Assembly: GCA_964507055.1 (NCBI GenBank)
Contig: CAZDOJ010000001.1
Coordinates: 401,313-465,312 of the forward strand
Length of the DNA stretch: 64,000 nt
Source of the DNA: an uncultured Gammaproteobacteria bacterium
Lineage (GTDB): Bacteria > Patescibacteriota > Microgenomatia > Levybacterales > UBA12049
Direction of reading: 5' to 3'
The position numbers were made by a program, and so were the translations under genes. The notes beneath the pieces were generated by a model. It was not told the DNA's origin. It did not search any database and saw nothing but the letters and a program-made list of their open reading frames with translations. This document shows positions 27,529 through 35,836 of the stretch, one piece after another (position 1 is the first letter of the stretch; every line of letters starts with the position of its first letter).

Positions 27529-28113
27529 TTAGTTAGCTGCTTCTATCTTTACTAACTCTGCTTTTACAATATGCTGTTTGTTAGAAAAGATTTCATCTGA
27601 CGTAACGAGTGTCAAAATAGGTGTTTTTGTTGGAGCAAAAACATTTGTATCAGTTGCAAGTGCATCCCGTGAAGAAGTCACTTTATATGTTGCTTTCTGG
27701 CCATTACCATAGACGATAATTGCAGCGTCATTATCTAATTGTTGGATTCGAGTGAATCCGTCCAATCGATCATTAGCAAATAGTCCAACATTTCCTTCTT
27801 GTGCATTAACCAAACTTGTACCTTCAGCAAAGTTTGCAACATGTGGAAGAACTTCCCAAGTTCCATCTTTCAATGGAACAGAAAATATTGGGAGATCAAT
27901 CTCTACAGATGATATAACTACTCTTTCAGGAGTGAATGCCGAAAGTGTTTTTACAGGTGTAATAGTAGGAGTAACTGGTGTGACAGGAGTTGCAGTTAAT
28001 TCTTGTGAGTTTGCAACAGTAGCAGAGAGCCCATTACCTAACGAACTGAGCTGAAAGATACTAGCGAATGCCGCCAAGACAAATATAGTTGTATAAATAC
28101 TAACTTTTTTCAT
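27529..28113 (-). CDS. sortase-fold paralog with substituted catalytic His, Cys and Arg (pseudo-sortase)
   Basis: Aligned to the 19848-20468 sortase it keeps the fold (EGTSLVN, NVGLF, KATYKVT, TLVT) but has FGH->FAN, TLITC->TLVTS and RxxVRAEL->KQHIVKAEL. It retains an N-terminal TM segment and a PT-rich linker. Confidence 0.7.
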   Translation of the reverse strand: MKKVSIYTTIFVLAAFASIFQLSSLGNGLSATVANSQELTATPVTPVTPTITPVKTLSAFTPERVVISSVEIDLPIFSVPLKDGTWEVLPHVANFAEGTSLVNAQEGNVGLFANDRLDGFTRIQQLDNDAAIIVYGNGQKATYKVTSSRDALATDTNVFAPTKTPILTLVTSDEIFSNKQHIVKAELVKIEAAN

Positions 28114-28129
28114 ATTATTATTAATTTAA

Positions 28130-28315
28130 TTATTTAGTACGATTTACTAAATAACGACTGATTTGACCTGCTAAGATAACAAGCCATACGACATTAAGTA
28201 CTATAAAACCTGCTAATACTATTGGGTTACTAAAGTCAGCAAAAAATGCTCCTGCTGCTGAAGTAGCCGGTAATACCGCTGCGCCTAATACTTGTCCTTT
28301 TCCGTAATCTGTCAT
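28130..28315 (-). CDS. small (61 aa) membrane protein with the LPATSAAG motif (paralog of 20475-20654)
   Basis: RBS AAAGGAGAAACT upstream of the ATG at 28315. Sequence: MTDYGKGQVLGAAVLPATSAAGAFFADFSNPIVLAGFIVLNVVWLVILAGQISRYLVNRTK. The raw ORF 28130-28471 carries an artifactual N-terminal extension that overlaps the GT2 gene. Confidence 0.6.
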   Translation of the reverse strand: MTDYGKGQVLGAAVLPATSAAGAFFADFSNPIVLAGFIVLNVVWLVILAGQISRYLVNRTK

Positions 28316-28328
28316 AGTTTCTCCTTTC

Positions 28329-29591
28329 TTAGTTTTTTGTTCCCCACTTTGTTGAGAATCCTGCCTTATTAAAGGCTGCGAGTCCCCAATTATATGGAGC
28401 ATTGAATAAAGATATTTTATTTGCGATGGGTTTAAAGATTTTGTTGTATACGATGAACAAATATGAGCCAAGTAAAATAAGACTCAATAAGTTACTGTAA
28501 ATAAGTTCAGGAAGAACTGTTAATTTCATCGCCCAATCTTTCTTATCACTGTCTTCGTAAAGTGCCAATGAAACGACATTGAAAATGAACGCAACTAAGA
28601 AGTTGAATAATGAAAGTCCAAATAAGATAAGCACTGTTTCAGGTTCACTCTTTCCTGTTCGAACAAAGAAGAATGAAAGGACAATCAATCCGAAAAGACT
28701 TAAGAAAAGAATATGACCGATAAGGTCTTGGTAGACGACATCAAATTTCTTCCAGAATTCTCCCAATACATGCAATCCACCACTTACCCATCGAACACGT
28801 TGTTTCCAAAGTGCTTCGATGGTTTCAGGAACTGTTGTCCATGCGATTGCTTTTTGTGCAATCTTTACATTCCAGCCTTCACTCTTCAATCGTGCAGTAA
28901 TGTCATAATCTTCAATTAAATGACCTTTGGTAAAACCATTGATTTCTTGAATTGCATCTGTTCTAAAAGCAGTCAACATACCATGCATAACAAGTGGTCC
29001 TTTTAAGAAACCGTTATCTGCAATCTTTGTAATGTTAAAGTTGTGATACTCAAGTGCTTGCAAACGCGTAAGGAAGTTTTTGTTCTTGTTAATGACACGA
29101 ACTTCTGAACAAACTGCACCGATTGTTTCATCAGAATATAATGTTGCAATCATTTTCGTTACAGTCTTTTTAGTAATAATGACATCATCATCAAAAGTGA
29201 AAATTACATCTGGTTTGGTATTAAGACTTAATACATATTCAATACCATGGTTTAATGCACCAGCTTTTAATTCATTCTTTGGAGTTCTCAAATATGCCAT
29301 GTTGTTATGTTCATTTGCGAGATCTTTAATCTTGTTCAAAATTCTAAGATTTTTTTCTGTTTCTGGAGTACAATCATCAATAACTACAAGGATAGCTTCT
29401 GGGTGCCATTCAAGAATAGACTTTATAAGATTATGGGTCATTTCAGATGGAGTGTGAGTTGGAACAAGAATTGCTGGAAGTTTACTATGTACAATAGCCT
29501 CATTTATTTCAATTCTTTCTTTTTTTGGAGCAAAGAAATGCACGGAGTTCTCCGCAATTACTTTGAATGTATTTCTTGGTTTTCTGTTCAT
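28329..29591 (-). CDS. processive family-2 glycosyltransferase (paralog of 20683-21981)
   Basis: VVIDDCTP, QRVRWVSGG and C-terminal TM helices; the catalytic core is similar to the 20683 protein. Confidence 0.85.
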   Translation of the reverse strand: MNRKPRNTFKVIAENSVHFFAPKKERIEINEAIVHSKLPAILVPTHTPSEMTHNLIKSILEWHPEAILVVIDDCTPETEKNLRILNKIKDLANEHNNMAYLRTPKNELKAGALNHGIEYVLSLNTKPDVIFTFDDDVIITKKTVTKMIATLYSDETIGAVCSEVRVINKNKNFLTRLQALEYHNFNITKIADNGFLKGPLVMHGMLTAFRTDAIQEINGFTKGHLIEDYDITARLKSEGWNVKIAQKAIAWTTVPETIEALWKQRVRWVSGGLHVLGEFWKKFDVVYQDLIGHILFLSLFGLIVLSFFFVRTGKSEPETVLILFGLSLFNFLVAFIFNVVSLALYEDSDKKDWAMKLTVLPELIYSNLLSLILLGSYLFIVYNKIFKPIANKISLFNAPYNWGLAAFNKAGFSTKWGTKN

Positions 29592-29646
29592 GAGTTGTGA
29601 TTATATAGGACGTCTTATAATATGTCAAGAGGTAATATTATGGGCT

Positions 29647-31089
29647 TTATGATGTTCGTTGCCGTCTATGGTTTTCTTGGACCAATGTGAACTTTCCTAC
29701 ACCACTGTCATCATATGCATTCATAAGCTGAATATGTGCCTCTGGATAGAATTGAGCCAAAGTATCTAAAACTTTTCTTTGAACCAGCATATTACCTTGA
29801 ATTACTCCTCCTGCAACGGGAAATGGTAAATGACCTTTACCGTCATATCCGCCCTGATGTAATGTAGCGGCTATCATAAGTCCCATAACCTGTCCAGCCT
29901 GTTCATATGCACGGTAGGTTATACCTTCAACCAGTTCCCGCTCTTGCGGTTCAAGCTTGAAATAAAGTCTATCGTAAAAGAGTTCAGCTGATTTAGGATC
30001 ACTTGGTCTACGAGGTCCATCAAAAAAATTGAATTTTTTCGTTTGCAAATATGTATTAATATCACGAAGATTTTCTGTACGTATAAGATTTGGATCATTT
30101 TCTGTCAGAAGCGAAACTGCACCAACCATCCTTTGTCTAATTCGGTCTCCTCCAGTAAGGTATTTTAAGGCATTTCCCAAAGGCATCTTTCCATTTTTTG
30201 TCATGTATTCTTGTAAAAGATTTCCAGGTAAGATATCTGTATATGAACTAATATCCAACGTCTCTCCATGTAATTCTGCACTTGTTCCAGTCCCTCCGAT
30301 AAAGCTTACTGGCACAGGATCACCATGAGCATCCCAATCTGAAACATCATTACCAGTCGCAATCGTATCATGGAGGAAGTAAACACGCTCCACACCAAGT
30401 CCATTAGCTTGTAAATGACTAATAAGTGCAGGACCAAGAGCTGGCTGTACTTCAGCAGGAACTTCTAAATCTATATCTGTAAGGTTCCAATTAGAAGGCT
30501 TTCCATTTGGACGAGCATCGATGCCATGATCTTCAACAGTATTTAAAATAGGAAAACCTAGAGATACCCCCATTGCTTTAACATGTTGATAATCCTCTTT
30601 GCGATGGTGTACTTCATCAAACCCTCCAAGTAAGTGATCACCAATCGCTTCTGCCAAACCATGTACTGTCATTGTTCTTGATTCTGTGTCTTTTGGAATA
30701 CGGTGGTGACTAAATGTTTCTCCTAGGAATCTGCCTGATTCTTTTGTAATTATTCCTGAACGCTGATTCGTTCCTCCCCATAAAGCCACGAATGCCTGTT
30801 CATCTACAGGAACTTCTGCTAAATCTCTCCATGTAATTCTTGGAATATCAAGGGCTGGTGATTTTTCTCGCGTATCGAGAGCTGCTGTAAGTGTTGCAAA
30901 AGCACGAGATAGTTCATCGGATGTATAAGGACGCAAGCCAATTTTGTCCAAACGTGTCCCCACTTCCCTTTCAGGCAACAAAGTAGATTCATGTTTTAAA
31001 ACATGGCTCAGTTTACGCGTCAATAGCATGGGTGGAAATTCACCCAATACCGATACATTAGAAAAATTTGGTCGAACAAATTCTGCCAT
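29647..31089 (-). CDS. hexokinase-family sugar kinase (putative)
   Basis: FVALWGGTNQRSG resembles the hexokinase phosphate-1 motif (DLGGTNFR). The length (480 aa) and a second glycine-rich motif FIGGTGTSAE also fit. Local GC (~43%) is higher than the flanks. Confidence 0.45.
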   Translation of the reverse strand: MAEFVRPNFSNVSVLGEFPPMLLTRKLSHVLKHESTLLPEREVGTRLDKIGLRPYTSDELSRAFATLTAALDTREKSPALDIPRITWRDLAEVPVDEQAFVALWGGTNQRSGIITKESGRFLGETFSHHRIPKDTESRTMTVHGLAEAIGDHLLGGFDEVHHRKEDYQHVKAMGVSLGFPILNTVEDHGIDARPNGKPSNWNLTDIDLEVPAEVQPALGPALISHLQANGLGVERVYFLHDTIATGNDVSDWDAHGDPVPVSFIGGTGTSAELHGETLDISSYTDILPGNLLQEYMTKNGKMPLGNALKYLTGGDRIRQRMVGAVSLLTENDPNLIRTENLRDINTYLQTKKFNFFDGPRRPSDPKSAELFYDRLYFKLEPQERELVEGITYRAYEQAGQVMGLMIAATLHQGGYDGKGHLPFPVAGGVIQGNMLVQRKVLDTLAQFYPEAHIQLMNAYDDSGVGKFTLVQENHRRQRTS

Positions 31090-31222
31090 ATTTAAGTCTT
31101 ATAATTTTATATGATAAATGTACATATATGTTTATTTATATACATTTTCCTATCATATTTAAGACCTATAATTATACACATTTATTGAAGAAATGCAAAT
31201 TTACAGCGAGGTACAAAATAAT

Positions 31223-32002
31223 TTATTTCTCGAGCCAGCGATTGAGGTGCAATTTAAGAGAATCTAAATGACTCTGCGATGAAAAAGTATGAGGTGCATC
31301 AACAATGATATGTAATTCTTTTTTACCAGGTAATTTCGTATAAAGCATTTTTTGATGCTCGACAGGTGTAGCATCATCCTTATCGCCTACTAGCATAAAA
31401 ACGGGCATAACTAACTTATGTGCATCCTGAAGAATATTGTATTTCAGTCTATCTTCCATGTGAGACCAAGGCAGCCTTCTTATATCTTTCCCATTTGAAG
31501 AAACTCTTGTAAACCAACCTGATTTTTTCCAATCATCAAGAGAATCTCTATATTTATTCGTTTTTATACTTAATTTACCAGAGATAACGGTTGAGAGAGG
31601 AAGAAGCCCTTTAATTTTTTCTGGGTGTGCTACTGCATATAACAAGGCTGCCACTCCTCCTAAACTATGCCCAGCCAAATAAAATGGTTCTGTGTACCAA
31701 GACTGCTTTGATGACCATTGGATAAGATCTTGCAAATCTTCATGATAATTTGTAATAGTAGCTTTTTCATACATACCATCACTTTCACCAATAGTGTTGG
31801 TTGTATCGAAACGAATTACAGTAAACCCTTTTTGACGAAATGTATCTGCAACAGTAGAGATATGTGGTTGTTCTTTATTGCCACCCAAACCATGAATGAT
31901 AAAAACCAATCCTTTTGCCTTAGCTTTTTCTTCAATAAGAACCGCTAGTTTTTGTCCTTTTCTATTTTTGATGAATACCTTCTGCATGATTTTATTATGC
32001 AT
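31223..32002 (-). CDS. alpha/beta-hydrolase (esterase/lipase-type)
   Basis: GHSLGG nucleophile elbow, an upstream HGLGG oxyanion region, and a C-terminal Asp/His (DAPHTF). Confidence 0.75.
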   Translation of the reverse strand: MHNKIMQKVFIKNRKGQKLAVLIEEKAKAKGLVFIIHGLGGNKEQPHISTVADTFRQKGFTVIRFDTTNTIGESDGMYEKATITNYHEDLQDLIQWSSKQSWYTEPFYLAGHSLGGVAALLYAVAHPEKIKGLLPLSTVISGKLSIKTNKYRDSLDDWKKSGWFTRVSSNGKDIRRLPWSHMEDRLKYNILQDAHKLVMPVFMLVGDKDDATPVEHQKMLYTKLPGKKELHIIVDAPHTFSSQSHLDSLKLHLNRWLEK

Positions 32003-33060
32003 TATTTTGCAAATTTTGCTACGTGGTTTTTATATGCCGTCGGATATGGCAGATCTTGGATTCCAGCTGCAATAGTTGAACGCATTTGATCAGAAAATGC
32101 TGACACTGGTTCACGTTTTCCATTTTGTACCCCATCGACAACTTCTTCTGGTATTTTGTATGTTCCTAAATAATCAAAACTCATTTGAGGATCAAGTAAC
32201 GATACTAGTGGTGACTGTGCAACTAAATGAACATGTGGTAAGCCCGCTTTTACAGCTAATACAACTGGACCTGTATTCCATTTTTCAAGAACTCGGAATC
32301 CACCTTCTGGTGAAAGTGTCGGTATTGCTCCAGCCGAAATGACAGCTTTCATTTGTTCAGCTACTTCATCTACGCCACCTTCAGATAAGATTACATTACC
32401 TAAGTCATCCATTACTCTTTGATAAAAATCACTTGGCTGCGGTGATCTTGTAAGTCGAGCAACTGATAACCCTTCTTCCGCAAGTGCTGCATCCATAGCA
32501 ATTCGTGTAACAACTGGACCTGTATCATGAACTACTTTTCCATTTTCCCAATCCATGACATCAATTTCGGGAGTATGTGTGTTATGAGTTCCAATAACAA
32601 GACCAGGACCATATGTTTGGAGGTCTGCTAAAAAGTCTTCCTTACCGTTGAAAACAGGCTGGAATGTTTGTGTTACAAATTCTCTAAGCGGATCAAGTCC
32701 AGACTTTCCATCCATATAGTTAGCCAACCTTATATGATATTCAGCAATTCGACCACCTGTAGGCTCACCTTCTGAGCGTTTAATAATAGCGGCGACATCA
32801 TCAACCATCCTTCGATCAGCATCAACGATTCGTGCATCTGTCCGAGGGATACCTTGGGCTTTTGCTATGCCAACACCCATAAGATCGGGTAAGAGTATAT
32901 TTTGTGCAAGTTCTCGCATACCAGCACTTCGTTGCTCATGCATTTGCTCTGCAGCTCCTGAAAATCTTTTTAAAGGCATATATTGCAGCGTGGTATCAGT
33001 CGACCAAGTATGTAGCCCACCTCTGGTTAATATTTCTGTTGAAACAAGTCTTTCTGCCAT
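32002..33060 (-). CDS. conserved hypothetical protein (possibly a GalT-like/DUF4921-4922-type partner)
   Basis: 352-aa soluble protein with no clear motif, translationally coupled to its neighbours. Confidence 0.4.
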   Translation of the reverse strand: MAERLVSTEILTRGGLHTWSTDTTLQYMPLKRFSGAAEQMHEQRSAGMRELAQNILLPDLMGVGIAKAQGIPRTDARIVDADRRMVDDVAAIIKRSEGEPTGGRIAEYHIRLANYMDGKSGLDPLREFVTQTFQPVFNGKEDFLADLQTYGPGLVIGTHNTHTPEIDVMDWENGKVVHDTGPVVTRIAMDAALAEEGLSVARLTRSPQPSDFYQRVMDDLGNVILSEGGVDEVAEQMKAVISAGAIPTLSPEGGFRVLEKWNTGPVVLAVKAGLPHVHLVAQSPLVSLLDPQMSFDYLGTYKIPEEVVDGVQNGKREPVSAFSDQMRSTIAAGIQDLPYPTAYKNHVAKFAK

Positions 33061-33064
33061 AGTA

Positions 33065-34111
33065 TTATGCTGCTTCAGCTAAATGCATATTTGAAAGTTT
33101 AGCATTACCAAATACTTTTTCTACAACAGTTCTTTGAGTCTGAGCTGCTTCATCTGCTGGAATTAAATGTTTGTAGTCAGGATTTCTTTTCGATTGAATT
33201 CCTGCAGATTCAAGGACACCAATTGGCCCAGCAAACGATGGAGAGACCGATATATGGCGATCACCCTTTTCATCGAGTTCAATATATAAGTTATATGCTG
33301 GCTGTTCTAATAGTTCAGCACCTCTTCTACCATAACGCTCACCTAAACTAGAAGCCACAGTTGTATAAGCTTCATGATGATCTCTCATATTAGTTGTGAA
33401 AATATCTATATCTGCTTCAGCAGGGATTCGGAAAGAATAACCATATGGCATAGCATCTCTTTGTTGAAGAAGTAATGTTGAAGATTCGCCTTTTCCAAGA
33501 GCCCTTTGAATTCGTGGCAGTACAGATGGTAATAATCTATTTGTTATTGCTCGTTCCTCTGTAAAACCCTGAATATCTTCAACTCCATTTTCAATATACG
33601 GTTGAAAGAAGTCTTTTCTTACTGCCATGATATGATCATGATGCAATCCTATTGTTCGTGCGTTTCTTTCTTTTTCGTTAGAATAGTTCCTCATCCAATT
33701 CCCACCTGAAAAGACTCGGTACTCAGGTCCAAGTAATTCTCGATAAGCTTCGAGTCCTTCATGGAGTAATTCCCAGTAAGCACTTTGTGTTTCATGAGGA
33801 TGGTCCGTTAGTAACTCTGCTTGAATAGGTTGATCCTTAGGACGTTGTTCAAAATCAGCTCCTTTTGCTATCATCATGTAATGATATGGTGTGTATGGAC
33901 CTGTTGCTACATGAAGTCGAACTTCACTACCATCTTTTAAAGGAGCAGTTAATAGGGTTCTTGGATTATTATCACCAAGAAATCTTGATTCAAGTTCTCC
34001 AGGTAGATTAAAAATTGCGGTTGTTCTTGCTACTTCTTCTTTCGGGGTAACTCCATTAAATCCTTGTCCGGGCATTCTTAAACTGCCTTGTGGTAAACTC
34101 TCTGCTTTCAT
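33065..34111 (-). CDS. HIT-like/GalT-like nucleotidyltransferase (putative)
   Basis: The GLHHDHIMAV motif resembles the GalT/HIT HxHxQ/H motif, and it lies in an operon with a sugar-1-P nucleotidyltransferase and a kinase. Confidence 0.35.
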   Translation of the reverse strand: MKAESLPQGSLRMPGQGFNGVTPKEEVARTTAIFNLPGELESRFLGDNNPRTLLTAPLKDGSEVRLHVATGPYTPYHYMMIAKGADFEQRPKDQPIQAELLTDHPHETQSAYWELLHEGLEAYRELLGPEYRVFSGGNWMRNYSNEKERNARTIGLHHDHIMAVRKDFFQPYIENGVEDIQGFTEERAITNRLLPSVLPRIQRALGKGESSTLLLQQRDAMPYGYSFRIPAEADIDIFTTNMRDHHEAYTTVASSLGERYGRRGAELLEQPAYNLYIELDEKGDRHISVSPSFAGPIGVLESAGIQSKRNPDYKHLIPADEAAQTQRTVVEKVFGNAKLSNMHLAEAA

Positions 34112-34113
34112 AA

Positions 34114-34860
34114 TTAAATATTTTTAACATTTGAGTAGAGCTCGTTTGCCGCCTGGACGTCTTCTTGGGTTGAAATACCCATGAACTCGATACTGTTCTC
34201 AAGAAGGAAAGTACCTACCTTTTTCTCGTTTTCTAGTGCCATATTGATAAGATCTGTTAAGTAATATTCACCAGTAACTTCAGACGGGACAACTTGTCCG
34301 ATATTTTCTTCAAAGAATTTACGATCGAAGATATAAACCCCATCATTCACTTCATTCACTTTCTTTTCACGAATAGTTGCATCTTTTTCTTCAACAATTT
34401 TTTGGAAGTTCCCTGCTTTATCATAGATAACTCGTCCAAATCCTGTTGGATTCTTTTTTAACAAAGTAATGAATGTGATTGTGTTGTTATCTTTCTTGTG
34501 CTTTGCAAGAACATCTTTAAAAGTTTTTGGTTCATAAAACATACTATCATCACCATTCACGATCATAACTGTATCGATTTCTGGATTAAGAACTGGAAGA
34601 CATGCTTCAGCTGCTTTAGCTGTTCCATAGGCTTCACCTTGATATGCGATATCTGCAAATGGTTTTGCAACGGGAGCAACTAATTCTGCTTGATGTTTTA
34701 CAACTGTGATGAGTTGAGAAAGCTTAATTGAAGTAAGTGTACGCAAAGACATAACGAGAAGTGGCTCGCCATTTACCAAATGCAAAACTTTCGGTAAGTC
34801 TGATTTCATGCGGCTGCCTCGACCTGCGGCCAAAACAACTGCTGCAACTTTATTCTTCAT
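34114..34860 (-). CDS. sugar-1-phosphate nucleotidyltransferase (GlmU-N/RmlA-like)
   Basis: N-terminal AAVVLAAGRGSRMKSDLPKVL (G-x-G-T/R-R-x signature) and a ~250-aa nucleotidyltransferase fold, with no acetyltransferase hexapeptide domain. Confidence 0.8.
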   Translation of the reverse strand: MKNKVAAVVLAAGRGSRMKSDLPKVLHLVNGEPLLVMSLRTLTSIKLSQLITVVKHQAELVAPVAKPFADIAYQGEAYGTAKAAEACLPVLNPEIDTVMIVNGDDSMFYEPKTFKDVLAKHKKDNNTITFITLLKKNPTGFGRVIYDKAGNFQKIVEEKDATIREKKVNEVNDGVYIFDRKFFEENIGQVVPSEVTGEYYLTDLINMALENEKKVGTFLLENSIEFMGISTQEDVQAANELYSNVKNI

Positions 34861-35074
34861 AAGGTGAGCAGTATAACATAGGCTTATAATATATGCAAGG
34901 GGTAATATTAAAGAAGCATATCTAGCTATAAATGAGATACTCTGTTCTTAATGCAATAACTAAGCCTATAACTTATACCAGCCTCATCTTATATATATAT
35001 TGTAGAGTTAATTCTAGTATGAGGTTTGTTTCTCCAAATAGACATTGTATGTTTTTATCAACTATAATAATGCA

Positions 35075-35758
35075 ATGAATAAACGGTCCGTCCCCCAAGC
35101 AATAATTATAGATTTTGACAGAACAATGAGTGACGTCCAAAAATCCGTGGAACATCTTTATGCAGTTGTTAAAGACTTTGGTATTGATGCACTTACTATC
35201 GAGACGGCACGGACCCAACTCGAAGACGATGGAGGAACTTTCGAGCCAATTACTTATCTACAAAGCGTTCTTTCTAAAGAACAGATGCAAGAATTTTATA
35301 AAAAGTTCTTAGAGGTAAAAATGGATTCACTCTTTTCAGATACTCAACCCTTTCTTAATCTTCTTAAAGAAAACCATATACCTTTTTATGTCCTGACATA
35401 TGGCGTAAGTTATAAATGGCAAGAATTAAAAGTCGGGGGGAGTAGTTATACTGGTCCAATGAAAGTGATGGAACATAGCGATAAAGGTGCGGAGATAAAA
35501 ACCTGGAAAAATAGCGAAGGAAAGTATGTACTGCCAATCCAACAAAATGATTCGACGGAATGGATCGCTGATACAATTTGTCTCATCGATGATAAAGCAT
35601 CAGCATTTAAGAGTTTACCTGATGATTGCACAGGATTTCTTATCCAACGAAATGAAACACTTCTTCCAAGCCAACAAGGTGAAATCCCCAATCACGTCCA
35701 ACTTATAAAATCATTCAATGAACTAACAATCAGAAATCAACTCCTCAAGTTACAATAG
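35075..35758 (+). CDS. HAD-superfamily hydrolase-like protein
   Basis: IIIDFDRTMSD (DxD motif I) and a later LIDDK (motif IV-like). The start is at the ATG at 35075; the raw ORF starts at 35045. Confidence 0.5.
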   Translation: MNKRSVPQAIIIDFDRTMSDVQKSVEHLYAVVKDFGIDALTIETARTQLEDDGGTFEPITYLQSVLSKEQMQEFYKKFLEVKMDSLFSDTQPFLNLLKENHIPFYVLTYGVSYKWQELKVGGSSYTGPMKVMEHSDKGAEIKTWKNSEGKYVLPIQQNDSTEWIADTICLIDDKASAFKSLPDDCTGFLIQRNETLLPSQQGEIPNHVQLIKSFNELTIRNQLLKLQ

Positions 35759-35836
35759 TTTAAGTAACATTTCGACAATTTGAGCACAACCTTGCCGAGA
35801 GCTTGTGTTACTTGGCGGCCCGAGTAGCAATAAAAT

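Noticed and set aside
28130-28471. The 113-aa version of the small membrane ORF.
   Set aside because: Its N-terminal 52 aa overlap the 3' end of the GT2 gene in another frame. The paralog at 20475-20654 and the internal RBS support a start at 28315, giving 61 aa.
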